Source: Planctomycetota bacterium (GTDB lineage: Bacteria; Planctomycetota; UBA8108; UBA1146). From it: a DNA stretch of 64,000 nucleotides. Shown here one piece after another: positions 50,034-59,300 of the stretch. The notes beneath the pieces are model-generated. The model was not told the origin of the DNA and made no database searches. It saw nothing but the letters and a program-made list of their open reading frames with translations. The position numbers and the translations under genes were made by a program. The first letter of the stretch is position 1, and each line of letters starts with the position of its first letter. Location: the NCBI GenBank assembly GCA_036338595.1, contig JAYZBV010000072.1:11686-75685 (forward strand), read 5' to 3'.

Positions 50034-51202
50034 AGACTTCTCGACTGGTGCTTCTGATCATCACCGGGTTGTGGGTTGTTGCTCCCATCCCTGCGCAGGA
50101 TGTTCAAAAACAACCTTCCACGACCGACAAACCACTGCCGCCTGGATATTCCATCCCGATCGTCGACCTCACAGACGATGTCGATGGGGTGATCACGATC
50201 GATCGAGAGAAGGGGCAATATCTCGGCCATCCGACCGCGGTACTGCTCGAGGATGATCGCACCATCTTGTGTGTGTACCCGAAGGGGCACGGGCGTGGAG
50301 CGATCGTCTACAAGAAGAGCACCGATGGTGGCAAGACATGGAGCGACCGACTACCGACACCTGAAAACTGGGCCTCTTCAAAGGAGGTTCCGACGATTCA
50401 TCGCGTCGTCGATGGAGATGGCAACAAGAGGTTGATCGTCTGGTCTGGTCTGTATCCAGCGCGACTCGCCGTCAGCGAGGATGATGGCACATCCTGGAGC
50501 CCACTAGAGCCAGCGGGGCAGTGGGGGGGCATCGTCGTCATGGGGTCGGTAGCGAGACTTTCCGATGGTCGGTATGCGGCCTGGTTCCATGACGATGGTC
50601 GGTTTTTCCGATCCAAGCGCGGGGCTGCCCGCTTCGATGTTTTTCAGACCCTTTCCATCGATGGAGGATTGACCTGGTCGGAACCGGTCTCGATAGCTCA
50701 TCGCCCGGATGTTCACCTCTGTGAGCCTGGTTTCATCCGATCCCCGGATGGAAAGACCATCGCTTTGCTGATGCGAGAAAATAGCCGCACCCGGAACTCA
50801 TTTGTCATCTTCAGTGAGGATGAAGGGAGCAGTTGGTCCGACCCGAGAGAACTTCCCGCTGCTCTCACGGGCGATCGTCACACTGCCACGCACACCAGCG
50901 ATGGACGTCTCTTCATCTCGTTTCGGGATACGACGCGAAAGAGTGAAACCAAAGGGGATTGGGTCGGCTGGGTCGGTCAGTGGCAAGACATCGTGGATGG
51001 AACAGAGGGCCAGTATCGTGTTCGATTGATGGACAACCACGTCAGCGGTGATTGCGCCTATCCAGCCGTGTTGCAGCAAGAGGATGGCACCATCATCGTC
51101 ATCACATACGGTCACTGGACACCGAAAGAAAAACCCTGGATCGCCTGTCGACGCTTCACCATGGCACAACTCGATGCCAGGTTGGATGCGGCCAAGGAGT
51201 GA
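50030..51202 (+). CDS. Exported sialidase-like / BNR-repeat glycoside hydrolase
   Basis: Signal peptide; Asp boxes STDGGKTW, SEDDGTSW, SIDGGLTW, SEDEGSSW; GDCAYP. Confidence 0.85.
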   Translation: MKTSRLVLLIITGLWVVAPIPAQDVQKQPSTTDKPLPPGYSIPIVDLTDDVDGVITIDREKGQYLGHPTAVLLEDDRTILCVYPKGHGRGAIVYKKSTDGGKTWSDRLPTPENWASSKEVPTIHRVVDGDGNKRLIVWSGLYPARLAVSEDDGTSWSPLEPAGQWGGIVVMGSVARLSDGRYAAWFHDDGRFFRSKRGAARFDVFQTLSIDGGLTWSEPVSIAHRPDVHLCEPGFIRSPDGKTIALLMRENSRTRNSFVIFSEDEGSSWSDPRELPAALTGDRHTATHTSDGRLFISFRDTTRKSETKGDWVGWVGQWQDIVDGTEGQYRVRLMDNHVSGDCAYPAVLQQEDGTIIVITYGHWTPKEKPWIACRRFTMAQLDARLDAAKE

Positions 51203-51205
51203 CGA

Positions 51206-51877
51206 CTATCTGCTGATGAGTTCCAGGATCTCCACGGCCCGCTCGAGAAACTCCTCGAACTGTCCCTGCTCCTTGGCATACTTCCCGGGCTTGTAGATCA
51301 GGATCTGCTGCTCCTTGATGTCGACATGGATCATGTCGTTATTCTCGAAGTACTCCCTCACCTCCGGGCGAAACAGATCACGGATGGCATCTTCATCGGT
51401 TCCCCTGAGACGGTACTTCTTGCTGAATGCCGGATGCGCACTGAAATCGAAGTCCTGCGCACCGAAGTACTCCTTGAAACGATCGAGCACACCCTCTGCA
51501 CACAGCTCCAGATCGGGAAATCGCTTGCTGTTTTCCAGGATCACCACCGTCTGGCGCACGGTGTGAGCAGATTTACCGGTACTGACGACATAACTGAATT
51601 CGAAGGCGACCAGTGGGTGGCCCCTGTATGACCCTCGAGCGACGCTTCGAGCGCCCTTGGCAGACCCCCATTTCCCGAGCGGGTGTGGTGCCAGCAACTC
51701 GCCCGCAGAAGGGTCAGAATCTCCCTGAAAGGACAGTCCGAGACGCTCTACCTCGATACCAATTCTGGCAGCGCGCATCTTCTCGGTCTTCTTCTGGTGC
51801 TTGACCAGCCACCACACCAGCAAGATCACGCCGACGAAGCCGAGCGAAAGATAAATGATCTTTTCGACTTCACTCAT
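51206..51877 (-). CDS. Hypothetical single-TM membrane protein
   Basis: N-terminal TM helix; DFDFSAHPAFSKKYRLRG.DE.AIR.LF segment; co-oriented with the upstream methyltransferase. Confidence 0.7.
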   Translation of the reverse strand: MSEVEKIIYLSLGFVGVILLVWWLVKHQKKTEKMRAARIGIEVERLGLSFQGDSDPSAGELLAPHPLGKWGSAKGARSVARGSYRGHPLVAFEFSYVVSTGKSAHTVRQTVVILENSKRFPDLELCAEGVLDRFKEYFGAQDFDFSAHPAFSKKYRLRGTDEDAIRDLFRPEVREYFENNDMIHVDIKEQQILIYKPGKYAKEQGQFEEFLERAVEILELISR

Positions 51878-51883
51878 CGGAGA

Positions 51884-52462
51884 TCATTTCTTGCAGTGGT
51901 AAGCAAAGGCCGGGGGAAGGTTGCGCCAGGCGAGCGGAGTGCGTTCGACCTGACCGAACAAGGCCTCGAGAAGGTGTCGAAAGGCACGGGCCCTTGGCAA
52001 CAGGTGCATGCCACCGTATGCAAAGGTCACGAATCGTCCATTCGGAGCCAGAATGCCATGAACCTCGGACAGGATGCTCTCCTGAACCGTCTCGGGAAAA
52101 GCAGCCCAGGGCAGTCCCGAGACGACGACATCGACAGCTTCGATACCTCGGTGGTGTAGCAAGTGAACCAGGTTTTCAGCATCGCCCTCGATGATCTCGA
52201 TGTGGTCAAACCGCTGCCGCAATTCTGCGAGGAATACGGGGTTCTTCTCGATTGCGATGAACTTCGCTTCCGGGGAGATGCGCTTCAGGATCCCGCTGGT
52301 GAAGGCGCCCGTACCCGGACCCAGTTCGACCACCTTGGTGGCACTTTCCAGCGAGATGCCATCGAGCATCCTCGAAGCCAGTATTCGACTGCTGGGAGCC
52401 ACCGCCCCTATCGCTCCTGGATCGGAGAAGTATTCCCTGAGGAAGTTGATCTTTGCGCCCAT
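51884..52462 (-). CDS. Phospholipid/ornithine-lipid N-methyltransferase (Sinorhizobium-type PmtA family)
   Basis: P.AIGAVAPSS..LA..M, VVELGPGTG.FT, VVSGLP, G.FVTFAY, NLPPA. Confidence 0.85.
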   Translation of the reverse strand: MGAKINFLREYFSDPGAIGAVAPSSRILASRMLDGISLESATKVVELGPGTGAFTSGILKRISPEAKFIAIEKNPVFLAELRQRFDHIEIIEGDAENLVHLLHHRGIEAVDVVVSGLPWAAFPETVQESILSEVHGILAPNGRFVTFAYGGMHLLPRARAFRHLLEALFGQVERTPLAWRNLPPAFAYHCKK

Positions 52463-52660
52463 CGAGAGTTGGCCTCATCCATCCGAGTACTGGAAAATTC
52501 ACAATTCACGCTCAGGTAACAGAATCACGAGGGTGCCATTGTCGGCCCTGGATTTCAAGAAATCTTCAGTCGGTACCTGAGAAGAATTGTCTCGGGTACC
52601 ATTCAGAAAGCAGCAGGATAGCGCTACGGGTGATCGATGTGAGTCTGCGAAGGAGAGACG

Positions 52661-53569
52661 ATGCCTCCAACGGTTGGTTGGATTGGTTGCGGTGTGATGG
52701 GCTCCTCGATGGTGAGAAATCTGCTCGCCGAGGAATACGAAGTTGGTCTGTATTCACGCACCGAATCGAAAGCGCAACCACTACTGGAGTCGGGGGCGAG
52801 ATGGTTCGAGTCTCCTGCACAACTGGCCGTGCATCACGACATCGTGATCTCGATGGTGGGTTACCCCGAAGATGTCGAGTCGGTGTATCTGGGGGAGTCT
52901 GGCGTTCTGTCGATACCACCTGGCGACCGAAGATGCACCTGTGTCATCGACATGACCACGAGCCAGCCGACGCTGGCTTGCAAGATTGCTGAAGTTGCCA
53001 GTCGGCAGGGCATCGCATCGCTCGATGCGCCCGTCTCTGGCGGTGATGTGGGAGCCAGAGATGGAACCCTGACCATCATGGTAGGAGGAGATGCGTCGGC
53101 ATTCGCAAGAGTGCAGCCCATCTTCGATGTGCTGGGAAAGCAGGCACTTCTCCAGGGAGGTCCCGGTGCAGGCCAACATGCGAAGATGGTCAATCAGATC
53201 ATCATCGCCAGCACCATGATCGGAGTCTGTGAAGGACTCGTCTATGCGGGAAGATCGGGACTGGATCGAGGAATGGTTCTCGAGAGTGTCTCCGGTGGTG
53301 CGGCCGGATCGTGGTCGCTGACACATCTGGCTCCACGGATGCTGAAGGATGATATGGATCCTGGCTTCTTCGTAGAGCACTTCATCAAGGACATGGGGAT
53401 CGCCATCGAGGAGTGTGACCGGATGGGGATCGACTTGCAGGGGCTATCTCTGGCGCGGCGACTCTACCAGCGTGTCATCGATGATGGGGGAGCCCGGCTT
53501 GGAACCCAGGCCCTATTCGCTGCCATCGAGAAACTCGCAGGAAGTGATGGAGCGGATCCCCATGACTGA
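52661..53569 (+). CDS. NAD(P)-dependent beta-hydroxyacid dehydrogenase (3-hydroxyisobutyrate/tartronate semialdehyde family)
   Basis: WIGCGVMG, DMTTS, DAPVSGGDVGA, GQHAKMVNQ, FIKDM. Confidence 0.93.
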   Translation: MPPTVGWIGCGVMGSSMVRNLLAEEYEVGLYSRTESKAQPLLESGARWFESPAQLAVHHDIVISMVGYPEDVESVYLGESGVLSIPPGDRRCTCVIDMTTSQPTLACKIAEVASRQGIASLDAPVSGGDVGARDGTLTIMVGGDASAFARVQPIFDVLGKQALLQGGPGAGQHAKMVNQIIIASTMIGVCEGLVYAGRSGLDRGMVLESVSGGAAGSWSLTHLAPRMLKDDMDPGFFVEHFIKDMGIAIEECDRMGIDLQGLSLARRLYQRVIDDGGARLGTQALFAAIEKLAGSDGADPHD

Positions 53570-54179
53570 AGAGGTCCATCCGGCATCTCCTCCGCGCACG
53601 GCAGACATGCGCAAGGCCCAGCAGCAGTGGCTGCAGCAAGAGGCAGATCGCACCCTCGCAGATGTCATCGAAAAGCACCCTCAGTACAGTGAAGTGCTGG
53701 TGGGAACATCGATCCGTATCAGCAGCAGGCTGACCCGAAGTGCGGGCAATGCGTGTCCAGAATCCCGCACCGTCGGAATCAGCGAACCGATCTTCAGCGT
53801 CGAGGAGAACCTGCCTCAACTTCGCAATACGATTCTCCATGAGCTAGCGCATGTCATCGCAGGGCCCGATGCGAAGGCGCACGGCAAGGTGTGGAGAAGC
53901 ATCTTCATCGAGATCGGAGGTAACGGGGAGCGCTGCCATCAATTGCGTGCCAGAGGGCAGCATCGTAGTTTCCAGGCCAAGTGCGAGAGGTGCCAGGAAG
54001 ATGTGGAAGTGGGAACAAGAGTGTGGAATCGATTGAAGGGTGGCAGTCGAGATTACAGCCACCAGGGTTGTGGTGGTGTGGTCTCTGCACCTGTCGAGAG
54101 CAATGAAGCCGACCGGGGTTCGATCCGTTGGATTCAGAAACTCGGGCAGAAATTACGTCAGGCACTTCTGTTTGAGTGA
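53562..54179 (+). CDS. SprT-like Zn metalloprotease
   Basis: RLTRSAG, NTILHELAH, HGKVW, C-terminal CERC...H..C Zn-ribbon-like motif. Confidence 0.85.
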   Translation: MTEEVHPASPPRTADMRKAQQQWLQQEADRTLADVIEKHPQYSEVLVGTSIRISSRLTRSAGNACPESRTVGISEPIFSVEENLPQLRNTILHELAHVIAGPDAKAHGKVWRSIFIEIGGNGERCHQLRARGQHRSFQAKCERCQEDVEVGTRVWNRLKGGSRDYSHQGCGGVVSAPVESNEADRGSIRWIQKLGQKLRQALLFE

Positions 54180-54189
54180 ATCCTGACCG

Positions 54190-54897
54190 TCAGAAAGGTA
54201 GATCGTCCTCTTCCTGAGGATCCTCAGTTTCCTTCTTCTTCACCGGCGGCTTCCGATTTTTCAGATCATGAGTCGCATCATATTTCTTCCAGCGAGATTC
54301 GAGCAGCATGATCTCCACCGCCTCGAGTTTGCGGTTTTTTCTGTCCGAATCGTCCAGGTAGCCGCTGAGGAATATCTTCTGTCGTTTCTTGAGGAAGTTT
54401 GCTTTCCGGCGCTCGATCAGCAGCACCTCGGTGCCGAGTGAGGTGCCGAGACGGTAGTCTGCCACCTCTCGCTCGCGGCCATTCTCGACAGCTTTCAGAG
54501 TGCCGGAGACCCAGCTCAGGCCCTGACCGGAAAATTTCGCAGGCACTGCCGGGGGGCGGAAGGACCCGGCAACGATGACCTGGATCTGGACCAGCATCGG
54601 GGGATAGCGCGCTCCCCCCGTACCGAGTTGCTCCGCTTGCTTCCGGGCCAGGATGTGAAGGGTGGATCCAGGGGTGAGGTCCTGGATCGATGAGATCCTG
54701 TGTGACTCGATCAGGGTGTCTGCGCCCAGCTGGACATCCAGAGTACCCTTCTTGTCACGGGCGACCAGTTTCTTGCCCGCCTCCTCATCTTTTCCCACTG
54801 ATTTGATGGAACCCGAAGCGATGAAGGGCTTGGCGACCTTGGCATCGTCGGTGGCGGGGAGGATCAGTGCCATCCATGTGACAACGGTGATGATCAT
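54190..54897 (-). CDS. Hypothetical exported basic protein (repeated OB-fold/DUF5666-like pattern)
   Basis: Hydrophobic N-terminus; two T.(I/V)....DL..G / L...QKI.L-type segments. Confidence 0.55.
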   Translation of the reverse strand: MIITVVTWMALILPATDDAKVAKPFIASGSIKSVGKDEEAGKKLVARDKKGTLDVQLGADTLIESHRISSIQDLTPGSTLHILARKQAEQLGTGGARYPPMLVQIQVIVAGSFRPPAVPAKFSGQGLSWVSGTLKAVENGREREVADYRLGTSLGTEVLLIERRKANFLKKRQKIFLSGYLDDSDRKNRKLEAVEIMLLESRWKKYDATHDLKNRKPPVKKKETEDPQEEDDLPF

Positions 54898-54919
54898 CGT
54901 TTCACTCCGGTTCGTTTCG

Positions 54920-56632
54920 CTAGAAGAGTCCCTCCGGAAGCCCTTCGTTGTCGATGTCGATCTGGAGCAGGGCCGGATTTGACCCCAGTCCGGGCATCGT
55001 CATGATGTCCCCGGTCAGAGCGTAAAGAAACCCAGCACCTGCAGACAGGTGAACATCGCGAACTGTGACACGGAAACCGTCAGGAGCCCCAACTCGTCGG
55101 GGGTCATCGGAAAAGGAATACTGTGTTTTTGCCATGCAGACGGGCAGATGTCCCAGTCCCATTTTTTCGAAGCGTTTGATCGCCTTGCGAGCAGCGGGTT
55201 TGAAGTTGACTCCATCTGCTCGGTAGATCTCCTTGCAGATTGTGGAAATTTTTTCCGTCACGGGGAGATCGTCGGTGTAAAGGGTATTGAACTTCGCAGG
55301 TGCCTCATCGCAGGCTCGAACGACGGCGTCGGCGAGCGCTGCGCCTCCGGCGCCACCCCTGGCATGGACATCCGAGATCACGGCATCAAAGGCACCCGCT
55401 GCGCGGGATAGGTTGAGGGCCGCTTCGACCTCGCCGTCAGTGTCGGAAGAGAATCGGTTGATGGCGACCACCACGGGAACACCAAACTTGCCGACATTTT
55501 CAATGTGGCGCCTGAGGTTGCAGATCCCGTCCTCGACAGCGGCGATGTCCTCTTCGAGGATCCCGTTCGGCAGCGGTTTCCCGGGTCTCACCTTGTAACG
55601 GCCGCTGTGAACCTTGAGGGCGCGAATGGTGGCAACCATCACTGCAGCATCGGGATGGAGTCCGCTCACCCTGCATTTGATGTTGAAGAATTTCTCCGCC
55701 CCCATATCCGCCCCAAAACCGCTCTCCGTGACGACATAGTCAGATAGTTTCAGCGCGATGCGATCTGCGACGATCGACGAGTTACCGTGTGCGATGTTGG
55801 CGAAGGGTCCGGTGTGAACGAAGCAGCCAGTCCCTTCCAGGGTCTGCATGAAGGTGGGATGAATTGCATCCTTGAGCACTACTGCCATGGCACCTGCTGC
55901 ACCTACCTGCTCCGCAGTGACTGGCTCGTCGTCACCATCGAGCCCTACCACGATACGCCCCAGGCGCTTCCTGAGATCATGTGCATCATTTGAAAGTCCA
56001 AGTATCGCCATCACTTCACTGGCGCTCGAGATGTCAAAACCTGTTTCCCTCGGTACGCCATTGCTCGGGCCACCGAGGCCAACAATCATCTGCCTCAAGC
56101 ATCGATCATTGACATCGAGGCACCGCTTCCAGGTCACCTTCTGGGGATCGATCCCGTACGGATTTCCCTTCAGGATCGAGGTGTCGACCCAGGCAGCCAG
56201 TAAATTGTTGGCCAGTCCCACGGCGTGGGTGTCCCCCGTCAGGTGCAGGTTGAAGTCCTCCATCGGGATCACCTGGCTGCGGCCACCTCCGGCAGCGCCG
56301 CCCTTGATTCCGAACACCGGCCCCATCGAAGGCTGCCGGATGGTCGAGACTGCTCGCTTCCCTATGTGGTTCAGCCCCAGCCCCAGTCCGATGGTGGTGA
56401 CGGTTTTCCCTTCTCCCAGTGGAGTTGGGTTGATGGCCGTGACATCGATGTACTTCCCTTGCGGGCGATCCTCGATCTGATCGAGAATCGACAGGTGGAC
56501 CTTCGAGATGTGTTTGCCATGAAGGATCAAGTGGTCTTCATCGAGATCATATTTTGCTGCGACTTCACGGATGTCGAGCAACGGTGCAGCCCTTGCAATG
56601 GCAAGATCAGAAGACGATTTCTGCGCGGCCAA
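54920..56632 (-). CDS. fhs: Formate--tetrahydrofolate ligase
   Basis: TAINPTPLGEGKT, RQPSMGPVFGIKGGAAGGG, NLHLTGD, GPFANIAHG, TESGFGADMGAEKF, AKTQYS, MTMPGL. Confidence 0.97.
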   Translation of the reverse strand: MAAQKSSSDLAIARAAPLLDIREVAAKYDLDEDHLILHGKHISKVHLSILDQIEDRPQGKYIDVTAINPTPLGEGKTVTTIGLGLGLNHIGKRAVSTIRQPSMGPVFGIKGGAAGGGRSQVIPMEDFNLHLTGDTHAVGLANNLLAAWVDTSILKGNPYGIDPQKVTWKRCLDVNDRCLRQMIVGLGGPSNGVPRETGFDISSASEVMAILGLSNDAHDLRKRLGRIVVGLDGDDEPVTAEQVGAAGAMAVVLKDAIHPTFMQTLEGTGCFVHTGPFANIAHGNSSIVADRIALKLSDYVVTESGFGADMGAEKFFNIKCRVSGLHPDAAVMVATIRALKVHSGRYKVRPGKPLPNGILEEDIAAVEDGICNLRRHIENVGKFGVPVVVAINRFSSDTDGEVEAALNLSRAAGAFDAVISDVHARGGAGGAALADAVVRACDEAPAKFNTLYTDDLPVTEKISTICKEIYRADGVNFKPAARKAIKRFEKMGLGHLPVCMAKTQYSFSDDPRRVGAPDGFRVTVRDVHLSAGAGFLYALTGDIMTMPGLGSNPALLQIDIDNEGLPEGLF

Positions 56633-56751
56633 GGAGGCTCCTTCCAGGAGTTCGCCACCAGGCGTGAAGCGGGCGTACTCCCATTCCCTAAACGGTATCG
56701 CAGAGGATCTCGAATGGCAACGGAACCGCTACAGGGGCGCTTCTGGAGGCT

Positions 56752-57729
56752 CTAGCGACTCCTCACAAGAATCCCGGATTCGATTCCGAGGTCCTTGCGG
56801 GCGCCGTCGACCTGGCCGATGAAACGGCCTGCATCCTGAGGATATCCGGCAGTGGGCTTGAGGTCGGGAACATGGGTGGACCACCAGCGGTTGAAGAGCA
56901 CCATGTGAAGTTCTCTGAGGTACTTCGCTGTCATCGATGCCAGGGCGGTGCAGAAACTGTACTGTTCGCAATCCTTGCGAAAATGGACATGGATGGTCCG
57001 CTCTCCATCATCTGAAACTGCGCGATACGATTGCCGCTCCCGATCCTGTTCGAGAATCTTGAATTTAGACCCCGTGAAGAGGGGGATCAGCATCGGGCTG
57101 TAGCGCTCGGTGCCTCCGAGCCGATCGGTCCACACCTCCAGATGAGAGCGATCTTCCTGATGCCACAGCCAGCGAAGAAATCGGCCCATCGCCCAGGCAT
57201 CGACCTTGCCCTTGCTACCTTGTGCTCTGACCTCGGCATTGAATTCTCTGACCTCGAGAGGGATCGCTCGCACTTCGCCGACTTCCATGGATGTGCGAGC
57301 GAGGGCTCGTGAGAGTCTACGAATCTTGCCGGACAGATCGACCCTGGAAGACGAATACGGCAATTCGAGGTCGCTCCCTCGATACCAGGGATATTGATCC
57401 AGATAACCGGATCTCCCTGCTGTGCAGTGATCGATCAACTCTCGAAAGGTGCCAGGTACCTCTCCTCGCTCGGCAGCGACGAAGGCGAGAACTCCTTCCT
57501 CAAGCCGAGTGAGATCGCCGGTGCCCGGGCGGTGGAGTTTCTTGGAATCGGCGACTGAAACGATGCCCTTTTCCCTGCGACCCGCTGCCCCGATGACGGA
57601 TGCGAGCATCTTCCACGGCGCTTCAGCTGCGGTCCTTGCGGGGCAGCGAAGCGATGTCATTCCGATCACCATCGGTCCCAACCTGGGCCCGTATCCCGCC
57701 TCGTCGATACCCGCCAACCAGTACGTCAT
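56752..57729 (-). CDS. Ribonuclease HII-like protein
   Basis: GIDEAGYGP.LGP, ADSKKL, DRLGG, ALASMTAKY.RE, AGYP.D. Confidence 0.8.
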   Translation of the reverse strand: MTYWLAGIDEAGYGPRLGPMVIGMTSLRCPARTAAEAPWKMLASVIGAAGRREKGIVSVADSKKLHRPGTGDLTRLEEGVLAFVAAERGEVPGTFRELIDHCTAGRSGYLDQYPWYRGSDLELPYSSSRVDLSGKIRRLSRALARTSMEVGEVRAIPLEVREFNAEVRAQGSKGKVDAWAMGRFLRWLWHQEDRSHLEVWTDRLGGTERYSPMLIPLFTGSKFKILEQDRERQSYRAVSDDGERTIHVHFRKDCEQYSFCTALASMTAKYLRELHMVLFNRWWSTHVPDLKPTAGYPQDAGRFIGQVDGARKDLGIESGILVRSR

Positions 57730-58325
57730 CAGGAATCCCTTTCGGTGCTGGAAGGGCGATGAGTGGCAGCTCTGGAATTTTCCCAGGGAGCAGGATCAGC
57801 GAGCGATAGCCATTGCCTTCTGATTTCTGACAGCACGATGCCCGTCGATGTCGCAACGTTATGGGAGTGTTTCGAACCGAACATCGGAATCTCGATGGTG
57901 CCGTCGCACAGGTGGATCACCTGCTCATCGACTCCGACCACCTCGTGTCCCACAACGATCGCCAACGGATGGGGGAACTCCTTGTCATAGATCGGCAGGG
58001 AGTCCTCGGTTTGTTCCAGTGCCAGCACGACGACGGAATCATTCTGGAGAATCCTCACAGCCATCGCCGGATCCTCGAGTTGCTCCCACTCGGTCGTCTC
58101 TTCGGCGCCCAGCGAGATCTTTGCGATTTCTGGTCTGGGCGGGGCGGGAGTGATTCCGCAGAGATAGATCTTCTTGACCCCGAAACCATCTGCGGCTCGA
58201 AAGATAGCACCTACATTGGTGAGGCTACGAACGTTGTCCAGGATCAGAAACAGATCGGGCCGCCGCCGATGCTGGCGACCATCGGCATCCGCTCGGTGCT
58301 GATCGATTCGTCTTTTTCGAGGCAT
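57729..58325 (-). CDS. TrmH/SpoU family RNA methyltransferase
   Basis: LILDNVRSLTNVGAIFR.AD, LGAE, VGHEVVG, IPMFGSKHSHNVA; the real start is well downstream of the 59015 ORF start. Confidence 0.9.
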   Translation of the reverse strand: MPRKRRIDQHRADADGRQHRRRPDLFLILDNVRSLTNVGAIFRAADGFGVKKIYLCGITPAPPRPEIAKISLGAEETTEWEQLEDPAMAVRILQNDSVVVLALEQTEDSLPIYDKEFPHPLAIVVGHEVVGVDEQVIHLCDGTIEIPMFGSKHSHNVATSTGIVLSEIRRQWLSLADPAPWENSRAATHRPSSTERDS

Positions 58326-58333
58326 CCGCCCCC

Positions 58334-58494
58334 CCCGAGTGACCATGCAGATGAATCTTGAAGTGGGGAGACTAGCCCGAGCAGCGGTCAGAAGCGATGC
58401 AGATCCCTTGGCGGCAATACAACGATACTGTTGAGGCTCTCGCTCACCACGACTTTCGGGCGTACCCTGTAAGGCCAATCCAGAAGTCATCGGG
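58334..58494 (-). ncRNA. Candidate rod-shaped structured RNA (6S-like or leader)
   Basis: Nested complementary segments centred near 58415-58418: 58334-43/58486-94, 58375-80/58456-61, 58393-97/58440-44, 58400-05/58424-30; extra G-U pairs form only on the minus strand. Confidence 0.4.
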
Positions 58495-58529
58495 TGTCCA
58501 TCTGGACCCTGAAGTGAAGGAGAGTAGAG

Positions 58530-59213
58530 GTGTCTGATCCGATCGTGCTCGATGAACGGCAGCAGCGGGTCATCGGAGTTCTCATCGAGAAATCGCTCGC
58601 AACTCCTCAGTACTACCCATTGACACTCAATCAGGTCGTTACCGGTTGCAATCAGAAGTCCAATCGTGAACCGATGGTCTCGTGGATGGAAGATGAGGTC
58701 GATGAAGTGCTCACGAACCTGGCCCGAGCAGGTTTCACCAGCCAGGTGCATGCCGCCGGATCCCGGGTCGGTAAGTGGCGTCAGGAACTGACGGGGCATC
58801 TGGGCTTGACCGGCCAGGCGATGGCCGTGGTTGCCGAACTCTTGCTTCGAGGCCCCCAGACACTTGGAGAACTGCGCACCAGAGCTTCCAGGATGAAAGA
58901 CATCCCTGATCTGGCATGCCTCGAGCAAATCCTGGCCGATCTCGCGGGTCGCCAGCCAGCCCTGGCTGCCCGGTTCAGCCCCGACGGTGTGCGCAGGGGA
59001 ATCCGTTGGGGGCACCTACTTCAATCGCAGCAGGCCATCCAGAGTCAGAGGGTTGCTCAGGAGACAGGAGTTACCTTCACGGAGACTCCTGCTACTCCAG
59101 GAGCTTCATCCTCGCCGACAGGCGTGAAGCAGGAGCATCGGCTCGACCAGCTGGAGGATATGGTCCGGAAATTGCAGGAGCGGATAGAGGCGCTGGAGCG
59201 ACATCAGACCTGA
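58530..59213 (+). CDS. YceH/DUF480 family protein
   Basis: RVIGVLIEK..ATP.YYPLTLN....CNQKSNREP, ELLLRGPQT.GELRTR, W.HLL. Confidence 0.92.
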   Translation: MSDPIVLDERQQRVIGVLIEKSLATPQYYPLTLNQVVTGCNQKSNREPMVSWMEDEVDEVLTNLARAGFTSQVHAAGSRVGKWRQELTGHLGLTGQAMAVVAELLLRGPQTLGELRTRASRMKDIPDLACLEQILADLAGRQPALAARFSPDGVRRGIRWGHLLQSQQAIQSQRVAQETGVTFTETPATPGASSSPTGVKQEHRLDQLEDMVRKLQERIEALERHQT

Positions 59214-59300
59214 TCGTTACACGGATGGGATCGGCTCATCGACGCTCTCAGGGTCACTTGGTGCGGACACCTCGACAAATTGCCCATGTAAGGAGGATCG

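Noticed and set aside
58326..59015. N-terminal 230 aa of the 57729..59015 ORF
   Set aside because: Antisense to the DUF480 gene and crosses the intergenic region; SpoU homology starts only near 58325.
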